A stretch of 64,000 nucleotides of DNA from the human T2T-CHM13v2.0 reference genome, Homo sapiens. The stretch lies in NCBI RefSeq assembly GCF_009914755.1, contig NC_060939.1; one strand, written 5' to 3'. The notes beneath the pieces are model-generated. The model worked only from the letters and a program-made list of their open reading frames with translations, did not search any database and had not been told where the DNA came from. This document shows, one piece after another, positions 48,823 to 64,000 of this stretch; within the stretch, counting starts at the first letter, position 1; every line of letters begins with the position of its first letter. The translations under genes and the position numbers were made by a program.

Positions 48823-49224
48823 CAGTGACAAATTTTTAAAATGCCACTTAGAAAATGTACACATAATTTTGCTCTATGCAGCAAATATATTTGTAACAAT
48901 CACTTTTAGGAAGGGTGTTAAGATATTTTATTATTTTTTCTCATTTAGCTTAATATTTTAAAAATATTTTTCTGCTGGCAACTATTTATATCTCCATTTT
49001 CATTGACATAGTCAATAATTTACCCACCTTTCTATTAAATAATAGTGGATCAACTGATGTGTATTATTTTATACTGAACTTTGGCACTCTTGACATAATT
49101 CATATATGAATAGTCATCCAAATGTCTTGGCCAGTAACGATGAGATTCATCCACCAAGGTTGAACAGGAATTTTCTCACCTGAAAGCAGCAAGCAATACA
49201 AAAGCAAGAACATGGTAGAAGAAA

Positions 49225-49880
49225 TTCAGGAGTCCCACAAGCAGATGAGGATTTATTTAGGGCCTGAGAAGGTGCAGGGACCCCTCATAGGGGCCTGTGT
49301 ACCACCCGAAGCATGGAAATAAAGGAAAATCTTGAGTCCCTTCACAGAAATTCCAGGCACCTCTCTACCTCTGAGAAGTTCATGAGCCACTTCACAAGCA
49401 AGAAGTTAAAACAGTAGCAAGGAATGGAGAGTCATGGGAATATGGGGTTCCCTATGGAAACTAAAAATCAAAGCTTAGCATATGTCCCTGAGTTGTTGTT
49501 CAGAAAGCTGCCCCTCTACCAAATGGATCCACTGGCACATAGACCTCAGATAAAGGGGATCTATGAAATGAACTCTGCCATTCTTTATTCTGAATTTCTT
49601 CCTGAGGGGCCTACAGGATGTTATGTCTATGAGCCAGAAGTACCATTATTTTCTGCTGATCCCAAATTTTCTGACAAATTTTACTTTCTTAAATAATCAC
49701 AAATCAGTAAATCTTTGAATCCCCCTATGACCTGTAAGCTTCCACTTCTTCCCTTCAAGATACTTCATCATTTTAGGCTAAAACCAATGTGTAACCTCAA
49801 TATATTAATTTATAACTGTGTATTACCTCTGCCTCTGTGTCTTTAAAATCCCCTACCTGTAAGCTGTCTGATAGTTTTGG
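49225..49880 (+). mobile_element. ERV1 (MER4-group-like) solo LTR
   Basis: catggaaataaaggaaaatcttgag, aatctttgaatccccctatgacctgtaagc motifs. Confidence 0.6.
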
Positions 49881-49884
49881 TCTT

Positions 49885-50197
49885 TATTTTATTCTATTTT
49901 TTTATTTTATTTTTGGGACAGAGTTTTGCTCTTGTAACCCAGGCTGGTGTGCAGTGACTCCATCTCAGCTCACTGCAACCTCTGCCTCCCAAGTTCAAGC
50001 GATTTTCCTGCCTCAGCCTCCTGAGTAGCCAGGATTACAGGCAGGTGCCACCACGCCCAGCTAATTTTTGTATTTTTAGTAGAGATGGGGTTTCCCCATG
50101 TTGGCCACGTTGGTCTCAAACTCCTAACCTCAAGTGATCCACCCTCCTCGGCCTCCCATAGTGCCGGGATTACAGGTGTTGGCCACCATGCTTGGCC
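49885..50197 (-). mobile_element. AluS
   Basis: ctcagcctcctgagtagc...ttttagtagagatgggg. Confidence 0.92.
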
Positions 50198-53059
50198 TGT
50201 CTGCGTGACTTCTTAAATGTTCTTTGACATTCTCCTGCAAACCTCATGATGTTCTCGTGTTTCTCCGATTGTAACGTGTTACATGAATTTATTCTTTCTA
50301 TCCCATGCTTCTTTTTATTGATGCATTCTGTCCTTTAAGTAGTGCATTTAGAACATTGACATTTAAAGTGATTATTGATATAGTTGGATTAAAAATCTAC
50401 CAAATTTGTTACCATTTTTCAGTTGTTGATTTGTCTTTGTTCCTATTTTTGTATTTCACTCATTTTCTACCTTTCGTTGTTTTGAGCACTTTATATCTGT
50501 TCATCTCATTTCTTAGCATATCTGGTTTTTTTTACCTTTTTAGTGGCTAATCTAAGTAATAATTTTATGCTTAATTAATCTAACGAAGAACAGCTTGTTA
50601 AAAACAGTAGTATGACTAATATTTGATTAGATATGGTTAAATATATATCATTGTGTATGTATATATATATACATGCAAACATTTATGTGCATTTATGCTT
50701 ATATAAGTGAGATGAATAACTGCAATAAGTGATAGAAGGAAAGAATGTGGGTTATTCTGTTACTGTAATGTGTTCACACTACATCTTAAGTGATATATTG
50801 TTACTTAAAAGGGGGCTTGGATTAGTCAGAAATTTAAATTGCAAACTGTAGGGCAGCCTCAGTTCCTTGCTGGCTGTTGACCAGAGGCTGTATTCAGTTT
50901 CTTCCCATGTGGACTTCTCCCAAGTAGCAGAATGCTCTATCAAAGCCATCAAGGCAAAGAACTTGCTAGCAAGACAAAAAAAAAAAAAATCACAACTTTA
51001 TGTATCATGATCAGTCATGTGACATCTAATATTCTTGTATTATTGTGTTGTACGAAAACAAGTCAAATTTCATGCCTATACCCACAGGGAGAGGATTACA
51101 ATACAAGGTCATGCACCCTGGCAGGTGGGGATCATTGGGCACCATCTTAGGGTCTACCAGCCACATCAGGTCCTGTCTGATGTGCAACAGTTTCCCAGTC
51201 TTTGTTTATCTTGAAGAATCTTGGCCCCTAAGAGAAGAACTGGTGAGGTACTTTATAGGAAGCATCACAATGTGGATTCATCTGATGATTTCTCATTATT
51301 TGAATAGAATTATAGACTTATTTTGAACACCTTTATCTTAATGTGAAGACAATAAAAACTGAACAACATATTATTTAGAAATATAAACCTAGACATAAAA
51401 ATAATATAAAATGGCAATGACAAATAGGAAACTGAAAATAATAGTAACCTTCATGGGGGTAAAAAATGCCATGAAATTGGGGAGCTGCACATTTAGAGCA
51501 TCAACAATATTGATAATATTCAGTTTGTTAAGGTCAGCAGTAAATTTTTAAAGAAAGAAAAAAGCTTTTCTATTTTACGTTAGCTTTGGACTTACAGAAC
51601 AGTTGCATAGTCAGCATGGAGAGTTAATATGCAACCAACACAGAGTTTCCATCATTATTAACCTCTTATATGAGCATGGGTATTTGCCACAATTAACACA
51701 CCAACATTATGCATTCTCATTCACTGATATCCACATATTAATCAGATTTGTTTTTCTCCTACTTAATGTTTGTTTTCTGTTCTACGATGTCTTCCAGGAT
51801 AACACATTTAGATATCTTGTCTGCTTAAGCTTTTTTTGTCTCTGCAGTTTCTCTGAATTTCCATGTTTTTCGTGGCATTGACATCCTCCATTTAGGATTT
51901 CTATGATTGTTTTTAGTAACAATTAGACTGAAGTTGTAGATGTGGAAGAAGAGACAGGGGTGAGTGTAATATTCATTATACCATGGGCATATATTCTCAA
52001 AATGCTTTTTATCACTATTGATACTAATTTGAGCACCTGGATGAGGCAGTGTGGGTCCAGTTTCTCCACTGTAAAATTAATTTTCCCCCTTTCCATGTCG
52101 TACTTTTTGAAAAAAAGTCACTATGCACAGCGCATACTTAACAAGTGGGGAATTATTCTTCACCTCCTTAAGGCAGAACCTCTATAGTATCGTTTGTATT
52201 TCATTACCATAGGCAATGTATCTGTTCTCCAGCATTTATTTTACATTTATTTAATCAATTATTTATATTATATGGAATATTGGCAAATAATAAATATTTA
52301 TTTCCACTGTGATTAGACTAGTTTATTGTATTGTTCAAATTGCTCTCGTGCTGGTCATTAGAAGCCTTTCAGTCAGCTGCTTTACCACTTTGAAATACCC
52401 ATATTATTGCTATTTGATTTGGTTTGTGTAGTGTGTTGGTTGGTTGTGTTGTTTAACTTTTTCTTACTTTCTGGCACTACAAGGTACTTAAGCTTAATAG
52501 TGTTGATTCCCTTCCCAACCCTGCCATTTACCATTTTCCCCCAAATTCCTGGTTCCTTTTTTGGTGAATGACATTAGAAACAAAGGTCTCGGCAATGGTG
52601 TTGTCATTTCTGCTAGGCGTCTGTTAATTCTATGCTTTGTCATCTGACAGAGCAAAGGATTATATGTATGTATGTAACTCACACTCACGTATGTATATGT
52701 ATTTCTACAACATTTCTCCATTTATTCCTAAGTAAAGTTCAGCATGAATTCTTATTAATGTTTCCAGCACCTGTGGTCTAATTCAAGACCACATGAATCA
52801 ATTTCCCCATTCCCACTACTTGTATGTAACCTCCGATGCTAACAGTGAGATAGTTGTCCTCCTTTATATAATCAATGAGTCCAAAATACATGCAGAGTAG
52901 TTTTAGAATTGGTAATTCATACCCCCATGGGAAAGAATGTTTCTAACTAAAGAGAATTTATGTACAGATACTTTGACATTTAAACTAAGAATCTCTCCTT
53001 ATTTTTATATTTCTTAGATTATTCCCCTTGCCACCAAATGTCTATTTCTTTTTGACAAT

Positions 53060-53170
53060 TTATTTTATTTTATTTTATTTTTTATTATTATTACACTTTA
53101 AGTTTTATGGTACATGTGCACAGTGTGCAGATTAGTTACATATGTATACATGTGCCATGCTGGTGTGCTG
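53060..53170 (-). mobile_element. Very short young L1PA 3' end insertion
   Basis: T tail + tttaagttttatggtacatgtgcac...ttagttacatatgtatacatgtgccatgctgg; tgacaat on both flanks. Confidence 0.85.
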
Positions 53171-53174
53171 ACAA

Positions 53175-54020
53175 TATTTTAAATGGAATTGTTTTCTATG
53201 TTTTATTTTAGATTAATTGACAATATATAGAAATACAATTGGTTTTTATTGCCCTAGTATACTAAAGTGTTACTGAACTCATTTTTTGGTTCTAATCTTA
53301 TTTTAGTGATTTTCTTAGGATTTTCTATACACAGGATTATGTCATTTATGAATAGAGATAGCTTAACTTCATCCTTTTCATTCTAGAAGCCTTATATTTA
53401 TGTTTCTTGCCTAATTACCCTGGCTACATGTTCCAATACAATACTGAATAAAAGTAGCAAGAGCATACATCCTTGTCCTGTTGCTAATTTTTTGAAGAAA
53501 TTACTGAAACATTCATAATATGGCATGTTGTTTTTTGAGTTTTTCATAGATGTCCTCTATCACTTAACAAAATTTCTTTCTATGCCTAATTTGCTCGGCC
53601 TTTTTATCATGAATGTGTTTTGGATTTTTCAACTGCTTATTCTGTATCTTTAGAGATAATTATGAAGCTTTTGTCCTTCATTCTATTAATATAGTGTATT
53701 ACACTAATAGTTTTTGTATGTTTAACAAAACATATTTCAGGGACAAATGACTTTGCTCATAATGTGTATTCTTATTAGGTTACTGGTTTAATTTGATAGT
53801 ATTTCCTTCAGAATTTTTGCCTCTGTTTCATGGGGCATATTTGTCTGTAATTTTCCTTTCTTGAAATCTCTTTGTCCAGCTGTGCTATCAGGGAAAACGG
53901 GCTTCATGCTGCGTATTGGGAAGTGTTCTCTACTCCTCTGTTTTTATTTATTTTCTTGAAAGATTTGTTAATAAAGGATTGTTATTAATTCTCAAAAGGG
54001 TTAGAATAATTCACCGGTGA
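53175..54020 (-). mobile_element. Old L1 (L1M), monomer B
   Basis: Paralogous to 26480-27300 and 7680-8460. Confidence 0.8.
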
Positions 54021-54029
54021 AGTCATCTC

Positions 54030-54221
54030 AACCTAGAAAAAAATTGAATCCTACCAACACTAACATGAGCTGAGAAAGGGATCCTTCCCCAGGGGAGGCT
54101 TCACTTGAAACCTCAGCCTGGGTCATCTGACCCAGAGAAAATGTTAAGTAATAGTTATGTGTGGGTTTGAACATCTAAGCTGTGCGGTTATATGTTATAC
54201 AGCGACCTGTAGGTAATATAC
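54030..54221 (+). mobile_element. MLT1 LTR fragment, monomer B (donor altered to gttaagt)
   Basis: gaatcctaccaacac...gggatccttcccc...aggtaatatac. Confidence 0.7.
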
Positions 54222-55004
54222 CTGAGAGTAAATGTAATTAGATTCTAGAAGAGAAAATGACATCAGTGGAAAACCTGGCAAAATATTAAGAAAGTCTGCC
54301 TTTCAGTTAATGCTTCAAAACTATTAACTGTATTTCAGGTAATAGTTTTGTACCACTGTCAATTTCTGAGTTTTCATAAATACATTCTGGTTACATAAGT
54401 TGTTAACATTTCAGGAAGCTGTAGATTATGTAAAACTGTATTATCTTTGCAACTTTCTGTAAAACTTAAGTTATTTTCAGATAAAATTACTCTTAAAATG
54501 TATTATTTAGGAACAAAAAAATACCAACACAGATGGACATAAACAAGAAGAAACCTTGGACCAGAGGATGAGTGGAGATGCAGGGAGTGAAAGGCAAAGT
54601 ACTTGCCTTTTTATCCCCATTCCTACACAGGGCACCTGCTTCAGGCTTCAGGCGCCTGAAGCTCCAGGGACTCTCATCCATTTTCTTCTTTTCCATCATA
54701 TGCTCCATTACCCAGTCACCAGTTCATACATCAGTAACCACTTTTTCAAAGAAAGGTGCCTGCCCCACATATGTTAGAAGGCCCTATTTTCGGGCACTTT
54801 GTGGTAGTGTCTTTGTAGGTTCTCACTAAAGACATTTTGGAAGACATGACTTCCAGACAAGATTGAGAAACACCAGTGATGGGGAACATAATATTTCTAC
54901 ATTAGGAGTGTTTTCTTAGTTCAGAGATTCTCTTGTTCAAGTTTTAAAGTTTTTTAAAGCCTTTGAGAATACCCTATGATAATTAAGTTCTCTTTATTAT
55001 GCAG

Positions 55005-55128
55005 ACTCCATCATGAATTCATGGCACCACACAGTCCCCTGATGCTATAACATCATGGATTTCTTTTGTCCAGTGAGAGGCCCAAAAGCTGCAGCACAGA
55101 CAATATCATAGTGTAGAAGTTTAACTAG
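55005..55128 (+). ncRNA. Candidate lncRNA exon (124 nt), monomer B
   Basis: ttctctttattatgcag|ACTCCATCA at the same position as the monomer C acceptor; TAG|gtatga donor. Confidence 0.45.
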
Positions 55129-55819
55129 GTATGAAAATAAAACCTTCTAATCATGGGGTTGTAGGCTGATTCCTGCTTACAGAGACCTGAAATGAACCTT
55201 TAGACACCAGGCATATAAAAGTGAGGCATGTTAGTGATACAGAGTGTGTTGTGCAGAGGTGGAAATAGCCTAATAGAAAAAAGGAAAGAAGAGCACAGTA
55301 CAACATAGCCCAGCCCACCATGCAGTGATCTAAGAGATGGACACACGCTGAGTGCTGATTCTGCATCTGTGCTGGTTAAACAAAGATCTCCACAGCGGGG
55401 AGGATTGTCCCCTCATCCCCCACACAGCTCCCAGTTCACAGGCCACACCACTTTATGGGAGGGCACCAGGGTTGTTCCAGGAACGATGTCCATAAAGCTT
55501 ACTAAGCCATGGGACTGTGTGCTGCACTCCCAAGGACATCCACGAAGTTAGGACTCTTTTTGCTTTTTCAGACCGTGATCATGGGCTACATTCTCCATAC
55601 CAGCTTCATAGCTCCAGTGAGAAAATAAATTCCTGCACCCAGGAGACGTGGAGTAAGAGATACAGCTGCCCTTGACCATATTTCTTACTTCCGAGAAGAT
55701 TGTAGCAGTAATTCAGGTGCTATTATTTGGGACATTTATAATTCGATAAACCTTCTTACCCCTCTGAGCTTACAATTCACCCCATAGGAAGGAGAGCCTC
55801 ATTTAAATTGATAATCTTA

Positions 55820-56153
<334 letters not shown>

Positions 56154-57424
56154 TCATTATAAGAGGAGTTTCTATAAGCTAAGTGACTTGTCAAATCCCA
56201 TTTTTCTCTTCATTTCAATGCATACATATGGTTATGATGTGTACTGTGAAGATCATTCATGACCAAACTATTCAGGAAAAAAAAAAATCACCAAGTGGCA
56301 GGCCATGAAGGAGATGGAAGTAGACGTGCATAAGGAGAGACTCATCTCTAGGTAGCAAGAGGGTCAATGAGTTCTGAGTGCTCAGGGTTAAGATAGGAAA
56401 GGTGATAGACACAAAACTGTGCTACCGTGATATCCCTGGCACAGAGAACAAACACAGTGCTGAGCACTGAGCTCCCAAACTCTACCACCATAGCATGGAA
56501 GTTAAGATTTCTCACAAGACAGTAAACCACCTGTGACCACATTGTACTGAGGCTGGATTGGCCACCAGAATTCTCAGAAAGATGCTATTGAAAACATCTC
56601 ATTGTCTGACCACATCTTGAGGCCTGAACCCAACCCTGTCTCCACCCTCTACCCTGAATAGAGAATGAAGCTTAAAAGGTGCATAACTCCTATATTTGAA
56701 ATTAGGGCTTTCTGTTCACTGAAATGAGCCCTTGTAGAAGATGAAACTCTCAGTGCAAATATGGTCAACATTCTAAATGATAAATTATATGAGTTTCCTC
56801 TTCATGCAGTACAGTCTTCAGGGAACACCAAGACCTGTTTCATTTTCAAGTATCAAAAAGTGGAGTTGACAGGAGTGACAAATGGTCAGAGCAAAGCATT
56901 TCATGATAACTGTAATGTGCCTGCATCAGCAGCGACTGCTTACAGTGAGATTCACATGACCATCGTTTATGAGATAGGAAGAATAAAAGGAGAGGAGAAA
57001 AAGATAGGTAGTTGATTGAAATGAAGAATTGGATTTGGAAAGCAACTTCGAATAGTCTCTGCTTATATTTCTGAGATTAAGGCAAACAGTCTCAAGATAA
57101 GTATTTCTGTCTTGAGAGAGCTGCACTCTGCAACTCTGTAAACTTTCAAGTAACACTTTACCATTTCTATCTTCCTCTCCATGGAAACTTAGAGCCATGA
57201 TTTATAAAATTACCTCTACATCTTTGTTGTATTTTTGTAGTATCTGATGTTCTCTTGAGGTCTTTCTTGGGACAATGGCTTCCAATTATAACGCTGCCCA
57301 CCAGGACTCCAGGAAATTGGTCCTGGATGTTTACAGTTCACCTTTCATGGGATACTTATTTATCCTTGCAGATGACTCAATGCCTAATTGTCCAATCCTT
57401 GACCAGGCATCCTTCTTACTGTAA

Positions 57425-57790
57425 TTTGTTTTTATTTCCATAGGTTATTGGGGAACAGGTGGTTTGGGTTACAGGAGTAAGTTTTTTAGTGGTGATTTGT
57501 GAGATTTTGGTGCACCCATCACCCAAGCAGTATACACTGCACCCTGTTTGTAGTTTTTGATCCCTCACCCCCTTCCCACCCTTTTCTCCTGAGTCCCCAG
57601 AGTCCATTTTGTCATTCTTATGCCTTTGCATCCTCATAACTTAGCTCCAACTTATGAGTGAGATCCTACAATGTTTGGTGTTCTATTCCTGAGTTACTTC
57701 ACTTAGAATAATAATCTCTAATCTCATCCAGGTTGCTGCAAAAGCAATTAACTCATTCCTTTTTATGGTTGAGTAGTAGTCCATTACATG

Positions 57791-57841
<51 letters not shown>

Positions 57842-58090
57842 GTGTACGTATATATATATGTATACGTATACATATACATATATATGTATATATATGTATA
57901 TGTATACGTATATATATACATATATATGTATACGTATACGTATACGTATACATATATATGTATACGTATATGTATACGTATACATATATATGTATACGTA
58001 TACATATATATACATATATATGTATACGTATACATATATATCACAGTTTCCTTATCCACTCATTGATTGATGGGCATTTGGTTTGGATTA
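57425..58090 (-). mobile_element. L1MA 3' end with expanded TA-rich repeat
   Basis: ataggttattggggaacaggtggtttgggttaca; ORF text [24 protein letters not shown]. Confidence 0.9.
57785..58043. repeat. Complex alternating purine-pyrimidine micro/minisatellite
   Basis: (TA)n(TG)n then repeats of tatacgtata and catatatatg. Confidence 0.95.
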
Positions 58091-59129
58091 CTGTAAACTT
58101 CTAATTATTGTCAGATGCCCGTACGGAACTTTTCAGACCTGTGACCACTACATTCATATCAAGACAACCACTTTCTAGGAGAACTCTGAATTGGAAAAAT
58201 GTTGAGTTCAGGTGTGTTGGTCATGTGAGACACGGAGGAGGCCACTCAACAGAGCACATGAAATAACGTAAGCGGTGTATTTCTTACAGGTGAGGTTCAC
58301 GGGCACCATCGCAGGCTCTACCTGACACAGCAAGTATTCTCCAGTCTGCAGATTTCTCAGTCTTCACTTATTTTTTGTGAACTTGACTTTTTTGAAAAGT
58401 ACAGGTCAGATATTTTGTAGGTTTTCCCACAATATGAATTTGTCTCATGATTTCTCACGATTAAACTAGGGACATAAATACATTAAAACCATGCATGTAT
58501 GTTTGAAGACCAGAAAAATAAACATTATAGATATTAGAAATATAAAGATAGAGGTAAATATAATAAACACAAATTAGAGGATAACAAATAATTCACAGTA
58601 ATAGCTACTTTCAGTGATTGAGGAAGATGGTGAAGCTCAGGAGATGCACTAAGGGCCATCAAACATATTGCTCATGTTGTTTTATAAGGTCAGCAGTGAC
58701 TTTAAAGATAAAGAAACCTTATAAATTTAAGAATGGTTTTAGGTTTACAGAACAGTTGTAAATGTAGTACATAGAATATCCATATATCCCACGAAGTTTC
58801 CATTTTTATGAAATTCTTACATTAATGTAGGACATTTGTCACAAGCAATCAGTTTTATAACACTATAACTACTCTTCATACTTTATTCATTTTTTTTAGT
58901 TTTTACTTAATGTCCTGTTTCTATTCCAGAATCTCATCCAGGATACCTCATCACAGGTACATGTCATGTCTCCTTAGAATTCTCTGACTTTCACAGTTTC
59001 TCGGAGTTTCCTTATTTTTGATGACATTAATATTACTAATGTGGGATTCCTCTGATGTTTCTCTAATGATAAGACTGGATTCGTGGGTTTAGGGGAGGAA
59101 GATCATGAGGAAAACTATCATTTTTATTG

Positions 59130-59460
59130 ATTTAATTTTGAGACAGTGTCTCACTCTCTCGCCCAGGCTGGAGTGCAGTGTCATGAGCTTGGCTCACTAC
59201 AGCCTCCATCTTCTGTGCTTAAGGATCCTTCCCTCTCAGCCTCCAGGGTAGCTGAGACTGCAGGTATGTGCCACCATGCTGGGCTAATTTATTGTTGTTG
59301 TTGTTTGTTAGTTTTTTTGGTAGAGGCAAGGTTTCACCATGTTACCCAGGCGAGGGTCAAACTCCTGGGCTCAAGTGATATTTATTTTGTTATAGAGATG
59401 GGGTCTTTATGTGCTGGCCAGGCTGGTCTGGGATTACAGGCGTGAGCCACTGTGCCTGGC
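59130..59460 (-). mobile_element. AluJ (rearranged)
   Basis: gagacagtgtctcactctc...ctgggctcaagtga. Confidence 0.85.
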
Positions 59461-59555
59461 CAAAAAGTGCCATTCTCATCATATCATACCAAGTGTACAA
59501 ACTGTCAACAAGAGTAGACATTCATTATTGGCAGAATGTCTACAAATTCCTTTAA

Positions 59556-60059
<504 letters not shown>

Positions 60060-60750
60060 TGAAATACCTCCATAACTAAAGTTTAATGTTGTGTGGTTGG
60101 TTGGTTTTGTTGTTGTTTGGCATTTTCTTTTGTTCAGTCACTATTATATGCTCCAGTCTGTGAATTTAATTGTGCTCCAGGGTAATTTGGTAATTTTATA
60201 ATTTCTACTAATGTTTCTAACACCATATGACCTAATCCAGCACCATATAAATGGATCCACTCATTCTCATTTGTATGTAATCTAGCACTCCCTGCAAGCA
60301 AGTTGATGTTGTTAATTTAATCACACTACCTGAACAAGGTATATTGCTATGTAAAAAAATAGAAGTTGAAACAGTCAAAATACTGTGTAATTCCATTTAT
60401 ATGACTCTCTAGAAAAGGAAAAAGTGTAGTGATAGTAGAGTTCAGTGGTAACAAGGGGCTTGGAAGACAGAAAGGTGTAAACGGTGAACTACCAAAGATT
60501 TCTTTTGGGCAGTGAAATTCCTCTCTTTGATACTGTAATAGTGGGTACATAATAATGTTTTCCAAATCCTGAAGAACTTTGTAACACAAAGAGTGTAGCT
60601 AAATTACGCAAATTAAAAACCTTATTTAGTAGGTCACAAGTTTGCCTTTTCACAGTATTTTACCTTTTCCAACTTATATTTTTTAGCAATATGCTTTTTA
60701 GATTTTTGAAGTACACCTCATGGTTTTTAGATTTGCCTTCACCTAATTTT

Positions 60751-61271
60751 TGTAGGACAGGTGAGTCACACAATTGGGGCTTATCCTGAGAGGGTTATTA
60801 GCTTTGTCCAGGAAAGAATTTAAGGGCAAGTGGGTGATGTTAGACTGCAATATTTTATTGAATGGTACTGCTCCTTGCAGAGCAGGGCTAACTCTTAAGC
60901 AGTGTGTTCAGAGTTGGCAACATATAGGCCTCTTGGCAACTGTATTTATATTCAATCAACCCCACTTTTAATTATACACAAATTGAGGGGCAGGTCAATG
61001 CAAATTGAGGCAGGAAAGGGGCAGTGACTTCTAGGCTGTCTCCATGGAAAGGGGCAGTAACTTCTGAATTGTGGCCATGTAATTTGTAAACAGTTATGTG
61101 GTTGGTAGGAGGGTCTTATGTGAGTGACAAATGAAGACTGCCAGGGATCACATTTTCCACAATGTACAGGCTTCTGCCAGTTTTTTCACTTTATCCTGTC
61201 TGGAGCAGATCTTATTTTGGTCATCAAGGTTGTGAAACCAGAAAACAAGTCCTTCCAGTCTCCTACCTCAT
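60751..61271 (-). mobile_element. ERV1 solo LTR (MER66-like)
   Basis: Minus strand tgaggtaggagactggaaggacttgttttc...cctaca, TG...CA ends. Confidence 0.75.
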
Positions 61272-61274
61272 AAT

Positions 61275-63050
61275 GACAAGATATAGAGCATATTTTCATG
61301 TGATTTTGGATATGACTTTGAGAACTGGCTATTTAAGATTTTGCCATTTTTGATTGGGATATTTGCCTTTTTAATTTTGAGTTGTAAGACATTGCATATT
61401 CTGGATAACAGACCATTATCACCTATAAAATTTGCAATTTTGAAATATTTTCTGCCGTTCTTTGGGTGCCTATTTGTATTTGATGGTGGACTTTAAATTG
61501 CAAAAGATTTTAATTCTAATGAAGTTTAATATTTCTATATTTTCTTCTTTCCTTTGTGCTTTTCAGTGTCATATCTTAAAACATTGTTTAACTAAAGACT
61601 ACAAAGATGTATTTCTGTGTTCCTTTTTATGGGTTGGCCCTGTTTAGCTCTTATATTTAGATGGATTCTCATTTTGAGTCAATTATGTTTCTGGTATGAG
61701 GCAAGAGTCTAACTTGTATGTGGATATCCACTTGACCCAGAAACATTTGACAAGAAAATATTGCTTCATACCTAATTTATTTGGCCACATTATAAAAGCA
61801 TTTCACCATAAATGTAAGGATTCATTTTTGAGTATTATATTCTACTCCATTGATCAATACATATATCCCTATATTAGTACCACAAATCTTGATTACTATT
61901 ACTTTGTAGTAAGTTTTGAAATCAGGAAGCATATGTCTACTATGCAAACCCTTTTTGTCCTTCTCAAGAGTATTTCGGCTGCTCAGTATCTATATTATAT
62001 ATAATTTTAGGATAACCTTCTGAATTTAGGGGAAGGTAATGCCACCTGTGGTTTTGAGAGAAGTCACATTAATTCTATAGATCCATTTGGAAAATATTGC
62101 CAACCTAACAATATTAACCCTTCTAAACAATGAGCATTCAAAGATTTTCTATTAATTTTGTTCAATATATGTTCTATAGTTTTTAGTGTACATATGTTAT
62201 ACTTAATTTGATAAGCTTATTCCTGAGTATTTTTGATTCGATCTCAATTGCAACGGTTTTCTGAGTTTTGTTTTTAGATTGTTCATTGCTAGTACAGAGA
62301 AATTTAAAATATTTTATATATTTTATATACTGCAAACTTCTTTGAACTCATCTTGAAATTCTAAACATATTTGATTAAAGTCCTTTGGACTTTTTATACA
62401 TAAGATCATGTCCTTTGCAAATAGTCAGAGTTTGACTTCCTTTCCATACTAGAAACATTATATTTATTTTTCTAAACGAATTGCCCTGTCTACATTCTCC
62501 AGTACAATGTTGCAAACAAATGTCAACAGTGGAAATATTTGACTTGTTTCTAATATCAGAGAAATTAGTGAACCTTTCAGATTACTTATGATGATATGTG
62601 AGCTTTTCATAGATGCCCTTTGAAATGAAGAAAGTTCTCTTATCTGCCTGATTTGCTGCATGTTTTTCTAATACTGAATCTGGGAATTTTCAAGTGCTTG
62701 TTGCACACCTCCTGAGATGATTGTGTAGTTTTTATTCTTTATTAATATAGTGTATGACATTAACTATATCATTTGTTGAACAAAATTTGCATTCCTGAGG
62801 TAAATACCCTTTGCCATAGTGTCTGATACTTTCTACATGTTGCTGATTTCATTTGATAATATCTCCCTGGTGATTTTTGTCTCTGTATTTATAAGGCATA
62901 TTGGTCTTCATTTTCCTTATTTGAAATATCTTTGTGTAGTTGTTCAATCAGGGGAAACGAATTCATAGTATACAATGGGAAGTAATCTATTTTCTACTTC
63001 TTTATTATTATTGTATTGTTTTGAAATATTTTTGATAAATTAGTATTAAT
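61275..63050 (-). mobile_element. Old L1 (paralog of 6690-8460)
   Basis: Direct alignment to the left copy. Confidence 0.85.
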
Positions 63051-63089
63051 TTTCTGTGATTTTAATAACACATCAATGAGTTCCTGATG

Positions 63090-64000
63090 AGGGCAGGGAA
63101 GTGAATCCTAAGAACAATCATGTGAGTTTGGAAGGAGACCCTTCCCCAGCTGAGCCTCAGCCTGAGCCATCACCTACATCTAGACCGAAGACCCAGAGAA
63201 ACCGTGAGTAATATGTGTGTGGTTCTGAGCCACTAAGGTATGTACTAATTTGTTATGCACCAAGTAGTAAGTAATATACCTGACAGTAATTGTAAGGTGG
63301 TATTCTGGATTAGGTCCTGGAATAGATAAGTATATGATTATTAGAAAACCTGGTAAAATATGAAGGAAGTTTGTAGATCAGTTAATAGTCTTGAAAAACA
63401 GTTAAATTCTTAGTTTTCATGAATATGCTATGGTTATAATAGATATTCATAGTCTAGTTAGCTGAATGGTATATGAAACTGTCTGTACTTACCTATGTGC
63501 ATTTATGTAAATCTGCAGTTATTTCAAAATAAGTATGTTTTTAAATATTATTATTTTGTTTTTTTTTAAAAAGAAAGCAAGTAAAGACACCAGCAGAAAA
63601 CTTTTGCCTCCAGATACAAGTGGGCATGTAGGGAGAGAATAGTAAACTGGCTTTTCTTTTCTAGGCAACATTCGAAACCCAGGTGCCACTCCTTCAGGAA
63701 GGTACCATCAAGCTCCAAGGACTCTTATCCTCTTTCTCCTTCCCCACTACCTAGTCATTAGAGCGTCAGCATCCACTTCTTGAAAGGAAGATGCCTGTTT
63801 TTCACATATCCCAGAAAGCCCCATTTTAGGACAGCATTTAGCAGAGTATATTCAGGATCCCACTAACCTTTTTGGAAGACATGACTTCCAGATGATATAA
63901 GGCAAGAATAAGAAATTTCAGTGACAGGGAACAGAAATCATATTTCTGCATTCAGGATCATGTTTTCTTGCTACAGGGATTTCTTCTTCAAGTAATCCAA
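63090..64000 (+). repeat. Monomer C': MLT1 fragment (donor at 63204), L1MC 3' end, start of core
   Basis: Paralog of 8510-9420. Confidence 0.92.

Noticed and set aside
57683-58104. Several long YI/VY-rich ORFs (also 38869-39348 and 31157-31421)
   Set aside because: Translation artefacts of dinucleotide repeats

Overview
Primate (very probably human) non-coding DNA, dense in repeats (Alu J/S/Y, old and young L1, MaLR, ERV-L, class I ERV) with no credible protein-coding gene; the ORF track is almost entirely repeat-derived. The main structure is a two-tier duplication. (1) An old tandem array of a composite monomer: antisense old L1, then an MLT1 LTR fragment carrying a GT(A/G)AGT splice donor, then an L1MC-type 3' end, then a ~1.5-2.5 kb core I cannot assign to a repeat family, containing a ~90-125 nt exon-like segment. 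Cores start near 2.5, 9.0, 27.9, 38.5, 54.5 and 63.6 kb and represent four diverged types. (2) A recent direct duplication (roughly 95% identical by eye): 1-9420 matches 35951-64000, except that the left copy lacks ~5.9 kb and ~12.6 kb. The right copy keeps a decayed gag-pro-pol-env class I provirus. The architecture suggests a lncRNA locus built from amplified LTR-donor/exon modules. It is reminiscent of the duplicated PWRN/SNRPN-upstream region of human 15q11.2, but that placement is an unverified inference. Identities and subfamily names are visual estimates from remembered consensus sequences, not computed.
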